From sequence record MW495066.1: a DNA stretch of 32,000 nucleotides, one strand, 5' to 3'. The notes below the pieces were generated by a model that was given only the letters and a program-made list of their open reading frames with translations, did not search any database and was not told the origin of the DNA. The position numbers and the translations under genes were made by a program. This document shows positions 27,007-32,000 of this stretch, piece after piece. Positions within the stretch are counted from its first letter, which is position 1; each line of letters begins with the position of its first letter. The stretch comes from Microcystis phage MaAM05.

Positions 27007-27267
27007 TTATTTCTGCTTAGGGGATTGCTGTGGCGGATAAGCCGCTTCCTCTGATCCTGCGGGCGTGTTCAAAGTGCTGGCGGCTTGAGCCTCAGGGGAT
27101 GGTGGATCTGTTTTGTGAGAACCCTCTGCTTTTTGGCTGGCGGTTTCGTCTCCGCTCTCTGATTCTTTACCGGTTTCTTTGCGGTTTGTGGCGTTCCAGT
27201 TGTAAAGCCCACTGCTGTTTTTGAGAGTGGCGTATTTCAACTTGGACACTGACATGGCGTTCCGCAT
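27007..27267 (-). CDS. Small hypothetical protein (86 aa), mostly low-complexity/disordered
   Basis: The ATG at 27267 follows 'GGAG' with a 9-nt spacer; the track ORF begins 5 codons earlier at a GTG. The sequence is rich in S/E/P/Q/K ('ETGKESESGDETASQKAEGSHKTDPPSPEAQ...'). Confidence 0.4.
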   Translation of the reverse strand: MRNAMSVSKLKYATLKNSSGLYNWNATNRKETGKESESGDETASQKAEGSHKTDPPSPEAQAASTLNTPAGSEEAAYPPQQSPKQK

Positions 27268-27631
27268 GGTGCAACGCTCCACTGGTCGACTCTGCTAACT
27301 CCGGGTTCCAGCATGGTGGATGTGGCTTACCATGATTTATATGGCTTAAAGTCATCTATCTTAAACCTAGCCGATGGAGGGGGCTGTGGGTTTGATTTGT
27401 GTTTTACGAACTATTTTTGATTTCTCGGAACGGACTGCTCACGACCGGAGGGCTTGACCCTGCCGGATGGACTGCTTGGTCTTGAGGCCGCATGGGGATG
27501 TGTTTTGCCTGTGTTCGCTTTGGATGTCAAACTGAGCCTACCGTGTTTCTGTTGGGCGGGGCTATTCAGAGGCTTCTACTACTACTAATCTTATCGTCGG
27601 AAGGACTGGGGGAGAGATGGCCGCTACGCTT

Positions 27632-28195
27632 TTAGCCGCCAATGCGGGCATGCTGGCTCCAGTACAGAATGGATTCGGCGAACTCCTGGGCGGTGTAGGG
27701 CGTTTCCGGGCGTGTGCCCCCCTTTAAGCCCAGGAAATTGCGGGCCATGGTCATGGGGCTCATGGGTTCCGCCTGCTCCGTGGTATAGGCGTTGATGGAA
27801 ATAATGTAAAAGTCCGCTTCCCGGTTGGCCGGGGCGTCCCCATCCTGAGCCAGGGTTTCGTGGCTATAGAGGATAATTTCAGCCCGGCGGGCGGGCATTT
27901 TTTCTCCCCCGGCTGCCTCCACCTGAATCAATCCAGCCTCTCCGGGCACTCTGGGGGCAAAGTGGGCCCTGAGGATGGTGGACTCAGTGATGGGAACCAC
28001 GCTGCTGAAAAAACGATGGCACGCCGCTTTCGGGACGGGCACCAACTTGACCCCGCGGTTGTGGGGGGAGGGTTGGCCGTGCTGCCACTGGTCTTCTACC
28101 AGTTTTACCAGCTCATCCCAGTCCCCGGCAAAGTGATCGTACTTGCTCGCGGGGGTTTGTCGTTTGACAAAGTCTGAAACGCCAATGCGGGTCAT
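27632..28195 (-). CDS. Conserved-looking hypothetical protein (187 aa)
   Basis: A clean ORF with globular composition. I could not assign any catalytic motif with confidence. Confidence 0.6.
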   Translation of the reverse strand: MTRIGVSDFVKRQTPASKYDHFAGDWDELVKLVEDQWQHGQPSPHNRGVKLVPVPKAACHRFFSSVVPITESTILRAHFAPRVPGEAGLIQVEAAGGEKMPARRAEIILYSHETLAQDGDAPANREADFYIISINAYTTEQAEPMSPMTMARNFLGLKGGTRPETPYTAQEFAESILYWSQHARIGG

Positions 28196-28280
28196 GGGTC
28201 AGTCCTCTCTCTATGGATTCTCTCTTTCAGTTGGATTTCTGGGAGGGGTTGAATGCTGCAAGATTGCGCATTCCCTAACA

Positions 28281-28322
28281 AAATAAAAAACGCCGAACCC
28301 AAATGCAATCGGGTATGGCGTT
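28281..28322 (-). terminator. Putative intrinsic terminator downstream of dinB
   Basis: The minus strand reads 'AACGCC-ATACCCGATTGCATTTGGGTTC-GGCGTT' followed by 'TTTTTTATTT'. An inner ACCC/GGGT pairing extends the stem. Confidence 0.55.
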
Positions 28323-28459
28323 AAAGCGCAATATGAAAGAAGAGTTTTAAATTTGTTCCAGCCTTGTCCTTGTGATTGCATAAAAACAAACATTTGCCAG
28401 CTTGGAACCATTTGTTTCGCTTTGTAAAGTTGTTTTCCTGAAATCCTTGTCCTTAGCGC

Positions 28460-29575
28460 TTATGCGCCCAATGCCAGTTTGAGTTGTTCGGTGTTTTGGG
28501 CGGGTTGAGGGCCGGTTTCGGTATTCCAGAGTTTGGAAACGGACACTCCCAGCAGACGGACTGGCCGATACTTGCTGGCTTCCGTCTGCGATAACAAGTC
28601 TGTGAGGGTCTGCATCATGCTTTCCAGGGTGTTAAAGGGGGTGGCTTGGGTACGACTGCGGGTAATTTGTTGAAAATCAGCGTATTTCACTTTCAGGGTC
28701 AGGGTTCTGCCATAGGTCTCATGCCGCCGCATCCAGTCCAGAACCTCGGTGGCCAGCGTGGAGAGTTCGGTGAGCATGGAAGCCGGATGGCTGAGATTCT
28801 GGCTAAAGGTTGTTTCTGAGCCGATTGATTTTCGCACCCAGTCTGTTTCCACAGGGCGATCATCTCTCCCCCGGGCAAGGTGATAATAAAAAGCGGCGCT
28901 TTTCCCGAAGAGGGCCTCCAGCTCCTGGATGCTCAGCGCTTTGAGATGGGCCCCGGTGTGGATGTTCATGGCCTTCAGCTTGGGCTCGGTTTTTTGCCCG
29001 ATGCCGTAAAAACGCCCAATGGGCAGCTCATCAATAAAGCCTTGGGCCTTGTGGGGAGGAATAACGCATAGGCCGTTGGGTTTGTTGTGGTCGGAAGCCA
29101 CTTTGGCCAGAAACTTGTTATAGGAAACCCCGGCGGAGGCCGTCAGGCCGGTTTCCCGCAAAATACGCTGCTTGATTTCGTAGGCAATCAGGGTGGCGGA
29201 AGGGTTGGTGCGATCCTGGCCGGTCACGTCCAGATAGGCTTCATCCAGAGAGAGGGGCTCAATCAGATGGGTGTAGTCGGCAAAAATGGCCCGAATTTGT
29301 CGAGAGACTTCTTTATAGGCTTCAAATCGGCCCGGCACCACAATCAGCTGCGGGCACAGCCTCAGGGCTTTGTAGGTGGACATGGCGGATTTCACCCCAA
29401 AGGCCCGGGCCTCGTAACTGGCGGTGGCAATCACCCCGCGTTGCTCCGTGGTGCCACCCACGGCCAGCGGTAAGCCCTGATACTGTGGAAAGTCTCGCTG
29501 CTCCACGGCGGCGTAAAAGGCGTCCATGTCAACATGAATGATTTTTCGGCAGGGGGGTGTCATGCGGCCTTGCAT
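28460..29575 (-). CDS. dinB: DNA polymerase IV (Y-family translesion polymerase)
   Basis: 'IIHVDMDAFYAAVEQRD' gives the catalytic Asp pair context, with 'SLDEAYLDVT', 'SAGVSYNKFLAKVASDHNKPNG' and 'IGRFYGIG'. Confidence 0.93.
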   Translation of the reverse strand: MQGRMTPPCRKIIHVDMDAFYAAVEQRDFPQYQGLPLAVGGTTEQRGVIATASYEARAFGVKSAMSTYKALRLCPQLIVVPGRFEAYKEVSRQIRAIFADYTHLIEPLSLDEAYLDVTGQDRTNPSATLIAYEIKQRILRETGLTASAGVSYNKFLAKVASDHNKPNGLCVIPPHKAQGFIDELPIGRFYGIGQKTEPKLKAMNIHTGAHLKALSIQELEALFGKSAAFYYHLARGRDDRPVETDWVRKSIGSETTFSQNLSHPASMLTELSTLATEVLDWMRRHETYGRTLTLKVKYADFQQITRSRTQATPFNTLESMMQTLTDLLSQTEASKYRPVRLLGVSVSKLWNTETGPQPAQNTEQLKLALGA

Positions 29576-29593
29576 CTTGAATGCGGAATTACT

Positions 29594-29648
29594 GGTTGGT
29601 TGAATGCTAAAATCGAAAAAAAATTCGATAAAAATAGTGTAACCAACC
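29594..29648. promoter_or_regulatory. Concentric nested palindrome upstream of dinB (candidate operator)
   Basis: The outer repeat is a perfect 8-bp inverted repeat, GGTTGGTT (29594-601) / AACCAACC (29641-648). The inner palindrome is ATCGAA-A6-TTCGAT (29612-629). The two centres coincide (about 29621), and the structure lies 19-73 bp upstream of the dinB start codon. Confidence 0.5.
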
Positions 29649-29876
29649 TCATCGCTTTGGGCAAGGGGACAGAGGCGGAGGAGTGAGTGCCTCGGTTTTT
29701 AAGTTTAAAAAACAATTTTCTTTGCAATTCAGAACGCTTTCGCAGCTTTTTTGCTGCAGGGGGTTTACATAGCTACCATCACTTCACAAGATGCACTTCT
29801 ATAAGACGTCTTTGACCCTTTTGATTTTGTGGTCTTGTGGGGTTTTCCCGACCCTTTTCCAACAGGAGATTTATGA

Positions 29877-30218
29877 ATGGCAATGCCTTTTCCACCCGCC
29901 GGGGCTCCTTTTACGCCTCAGTTCCCGCCCGCCGCTGGCTTTGGGGATCCGGCCCTTTCCCAGGGGCCCGCACCCTTTCCCGGAGCCCCCGGTTTCCAGG
30001 CACCGGTGCCCGCCCAGCCTTTCCCGGGTAGTCCTGCCCCATTGCCGGGTGTTTTCCCTCCCGCTGCCCAGGGTTTTGGCCCTCAGGCCTTTCCGGCCCC
30101 TCAGCCATTTGCTCCCGCACAGCCTTTCCCACCCGCACAGCCTTACCCGGCTCAAGCCTTTGGCGCTCCTAACGCCCCGATGTTTGGTTGCGGGCAAAAG
30201 CTGGACACGGAAGCCTAG
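29877..30218 (+). CDS. Proline/phenylalanine-rich repeat protein (113 aa)
   Basis: SD 'AGGAG' lies 8 nt upstream of the ATG. 'P-F/Y-P' units recur with variation concentrated at third codon positions of this frame (CCT-TTT-CCA, CCC-TTT-CCC, CCT-TTC-CCG, CCT-TTC-CCA, CCT-TAC-CCG). A strong terminator follows. Confidence 0.6.
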   Translation: MAMPFPPAGAPFTPQFPPAAGFGDPALSQGPAPFPGAPGFQAPVPAQPFPGSPAPLPGVFPPAAQGFGPQAFPAPQPFAPAQPFPPAQPYPAQAFGAPNAPMFGCGQKLDTEA

Positions 30219-30250
30219 CTATATTGAGCCGCGTGTAATCCCATTTCAAG

Positions 30251-30284
30251 ACTCCCTGAACGCCTTGGGCTTCAGGGAGTTTTT
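30251..30284 (+). terminator. Rho-independent terminator
   Basis: 10-bp perfect stem 'ACTCCCTGAA'/'TTCAGGGAGT' with loop 'CGCCTTGGGC'. The stem ends in the run 'TTTTT'. Confidence 0.85.
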
Positions 30285-30401
30285 GTGTGGGCTGGTCAGC
30301 GAAATGTTTCCTCATCAAGATCGGGCGTATTATAATAGGGCTCAAGTCACTTGGTAGAATCGGCCATGGTTAATCAGGGCTGAAAAGGATAGGGAAGTAC
30401 C

Positions 30402-30530
30402 GTGAGCGAATACGTCTTCAAGCTGAAAAAAGGGGATTTGGAGTTGGAGCTGAAAAGCGACGATGCCAAGTTTATTGAGACCCAGATGGACAACTGGCGG
30501 AATATGCTGGTCACGCAGGAAGAGAAGTAG
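30402..30530 (+). CDS. 42-aa mini-protein, paralogue of the N-terminal module of the downstream 353-aa protein
   Basis: It starts at a GTG just after an in-frame TAG (30390-92), with 'GGGAAG' and 'AAGGA' purine tracts upstream. 'YVFKLKKGDLELELKSDDAKFIETQMDNWRNML' aligns without gaps to 'YEMSLKKDGLFINLSSDDVYFVSKQMDKWFRIL' (15/33 identical), with synonymous-site divergence. It is below the 60-aa cutoff of the supplied track. Confidence 0.6.
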   Translation: MSEYVFKLKKGDLELELKSDDAKFIETQMDNWRNMLVTQEEK

Positions 30531-30818
30531 GCGCTGCCTCTCCGCATAGGCCCTGGGTGGCGGAGACAGGCCCTTTGGCCAGGTTCTCGAAATCTCCACC
30601 ACGCGTAGAATGTATTATGGGTTATTACCTCCTATAATGGTGTTAATCGGCAACAGGCTGGCCCTACAAGATTAGGCAGGTTCCGCTTTTTGTTCAGTCG
30701 TTAGAGGTTGCCGGTGTCTTACAGGTTGCTGATGGCGGGGCCCCGTCCTTTGAGGAGTGCCCAGCCCCTAGAGAGATAGTATTTGGCCCAGGCCCGCACG
30801 GCAAGGAGTCTCGTAGTC

Positions 30819-31877
30819 ATGGATGCCCCACATCGTTATGAAATGAGCCTTAAAAAAGATGGGCTGTTCATCAACCTGTCCTCGGATGATGTCTATTTCG
30901 TGTCCAAGCAAATGGACAAGTGGTTTCGGATTTTGCTGGATGACAGTTACGTGCCGGTCAGCCTGCCCAAGCCTGCCGCTGTGGCCACGTCCATTCCGGT
31001 TGCTCCGGTCGATGAACCCGCTGCTTCAGTTGTCGCTCAAGCAAGTCCGCCCCCTGCTCCTGTCACCCCGGTGGCCGTTTCGGCTGTGGCCCCCCCTTCT
31101 CCGGTTTCAGAGCCCCCGCCCGAAGTCACTATCCCTGAACCGCTAGCCGCATCCCTCCCGCCGGCACCATCCGCCCCGGCCTTGGCAGTGGCCGTACCGC
31201 AGGGAGCGTCCCCGGCGCTGGCAGCCCCTGTCTCCTCCCCTGACACGTCCGCTGACACCCCCATGCTTGAGCCGGCCGCTGCCGTCCCGGTTTCTGGGCC
31301 TGCTGAACTTTCTGTCACTGCAACACCGCCTGTGGAAGTGCCTGATGCCCTGGCCCAGTCTGATGTGCCCCAGGCTGACTTGCCGCAGCCTGCTTTGTCC
31401 GTAGTGCCCCCATTGGCCTCGGTTCAGTCTCCCAGCACAGCGCCCAAGGATGATTTTGAATCGGTGATGGACACGGTAATGCGTGATTTGGAAGCCCCGC
31501 CACCCCCGCTGCCCACCACCCCGGTGATTGAGACCCTTTACGAGCAATCCCCGGTGTCCGCGGACAGACCCATGAATCTGGATTTGGTCAACTCACTGGC
31601 CGATCTCTGCGATCAGGCCCAGCCCGGCAGCTCTGAGGACTATTTACTGCTGGCCGCTTATTACCTCAGTCAGGTGGAGTCGCAAGCGTGTTTCTCCCTG
31701 AAGCGGATCAACGCCAATTTGGTGAAATCCGGCCTGACCCCGGTGAACCATAGTGCCCTGGAGGCGGTGTTGTCCAAGGGATACTTGTCCATGGTGCCGG
31801 ATCTCAGCGGCACCGCGGAAGTCAGCGAGTACAGCATGACCGATGACGGGCTGGCCTTCGTCAATCAGTTGTTTTAA
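30819..31877 (+). CDS. Hypothetical protein: small N-terminal module, ~190-aa Pro/Ala/Val-rich linker, globular C-terminal domain
   Basis: The ATG at 30819 has 'AAGGAG' 10 nt upstream; the track ORF begins at a TTG at 30783. The linker reads 'PKPAAVATSIPVAPVDEPAAS...PPPPLPTTPV'. The C-terminal ~100 aa ('LLLAAYYLSQVESQACFSLKRINANLVKSGLTPVNHSALEAVLSKGYLSMV') look like a helical or winged-helix-like fold. Confidence 0.75.
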   Translation: MDAPHRYEMSLKKDGLFINLSSDDVYFVSKQMDKWFRILLDDSYVPVSLPKPAAVATSIPVAPVDEPAASVVAQASPPPAPVTPVAVSAVAPPSPVSEPPPEVTIPEPLAASLPPAPSAPALAVAVPQGASPALAAPVSSPDTSADTPMLEPAAAVPVSGPAELSVTATPPVEVPDALAQSDVPQADLPQPALSVVPPLASVQSPSTAPKDDFESVMDTVMRDLEAPPPPLPTTPVIETLYEQSPVSADRPMNLDLVNSLADLCDQAQPGSSEDYLLLAAYYLSQVESQACFSLKRINANLVKSGLTPVNHSALEAVLSKGYLSMVPDLSGTAEVSEYSMTDDGLAFVNQLF

Positions 31878-31925
31878 AGGGCTGATTTTTCGGTTTTGGA
31901 TTTCACGATATCCCCCCCCGGCAAT

Positions 31926-31953
31926 GGATTCTGAAATTGCGAATCCTGTTTTT
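31926..31953 (+). terminator. Putative intrinsic terminator
   Basis: The 6-bp stem is 'GGATTC'/'GAATCC' with a 9-nt loop. It is followed by 'TGTTTTT', and a further T8 run lies at about 31971. Confidence 0.5.
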
Positions 31954-32000
31954 ACAGGCTGAAAAGCACTTTTTTTTCTGTTAATCTTTTATTCAAATAG

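Noticed and set aside
28211-28411. A 66-aa minus-strand ORF between dinB and the 187-aa gene. The 72-aa ORF at 17463-17681 is a similar case.
   Set aside because: Both lie in AT-rich intergenic DNA, lack SD sequences, and have atypical composition. The first spans a terminator hairpin.
29791-30357. Alternative overlapping ORFs over the Pro-rich gene: 188 aa at 29791-30357, 64 aa at 29837-30031, and antisense 29871-30197 and 29911-30138.
   Set aside because: They lack a properly spaced SD, and the 188-aa frame reads through the strong terminator at 30251-30284. Repeat-unit variation falls on third positions of the 29877 frame only.
30342-30602. An 86-aa minus-strand ORF opposite the 42-codon gene.
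   Set aside because: It starts at a GTG with no nearby SD and has no recognisable features. The plus-strand frame is supported by protein-level homology to the adjacent gene.
31879-32000. 'GGGCTGATT...GGATTTCACGA' right after the last gene resembles the tmRNA (ssrA) 5' end 'GGGGCTGATTCTGGATTCGACG'.
   Set aside because: There are only three leading Gs, a 9-nt insertion and a C for G in the 'TTCGACG' block. The following sequence is AT-rich with T-runs and terminator-like hairpins rather than tmRNA pseudoknots. The window ends before a 3' tRNA-like end could be seen. An Infernal/ARAGORN scan of the next ~350 nt would settle it.
1-32000. A search for tRNA/rRNA genes, CRISPR arrays, IS elements or transposases, integrases, phage genes, toxin-antitoxin or known defence genes, and a DnaA-box cluster.
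   Set aside because: I found none by eye. There is no T-loop with a matching stem (the 'GGTTCGACTC' at about 17365 has no complementary stem), no spaced direct-repeat array and no recombinase-like ORF. Only isolated partial DnaA-box-like words occur. A proper tRNAscan/Infernal/ISfinder run would be needed to be certain.

Overview
This window looks like ordinary chromosome: about 27 protein-coding genes, mostly housekeeping, with GC in the mid-50s % by eye (not computed). Confidently recognised genes are hemW, icd and aconitase (divergent), class II ribonucleotide reductase nrdJ, a GT-B glycosyltransferase, the primary sigma factor rpoD/sigA, the flagellar cap gene fliD, an APC amino-acid permease, mnmA, a pentapeptide-repeat protein, an M3 oligoendopeptidase, an SDR oxidoreductase and dinB. 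I found no rRNA, tRNA, CRISPR array, transposase, integrase or recognisable defence gene, so nothing marks a mobile island. The short group-1 sigma factor, pentapeptide protein and flagellar gene loosely suggest a non-photosynthetic cyanobacteria-like (Melainabacteria/Vampirovibrionia-type) or similar lineage, but I cannot verify this. The parts worth a second look are small, low-complexity or non-coding:

- **29.6-31.9 kb cluster:** a 42-codon gene missing from the ORF track is an ungapped paralogue of the N-terminal module of the adjacent 353-aa Pro/Ala-linker protein. It sits next to a PFP-repeat protein and a concentric nested palindrome in front of dinB.
- **1.3-3.1 kb:** a paralogous pair of Gly/Tyr-rich proteins sharing a 'FL.G..WDGI..F' motif.
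- **13.1-14.8 kb:** an HDOD plus pseudo-receiver gene pair lying downstream of a solitary fliD.
- **15.0 kb:** a 105-bp MITE/REP-like palindromic element.
- **24.9 kb:** a 13-bp tandem repeat array in a promoter region.
- **Antisense ORFs:** the very long ones (up to 653 aa) are codon-register artefacts and are rejected.
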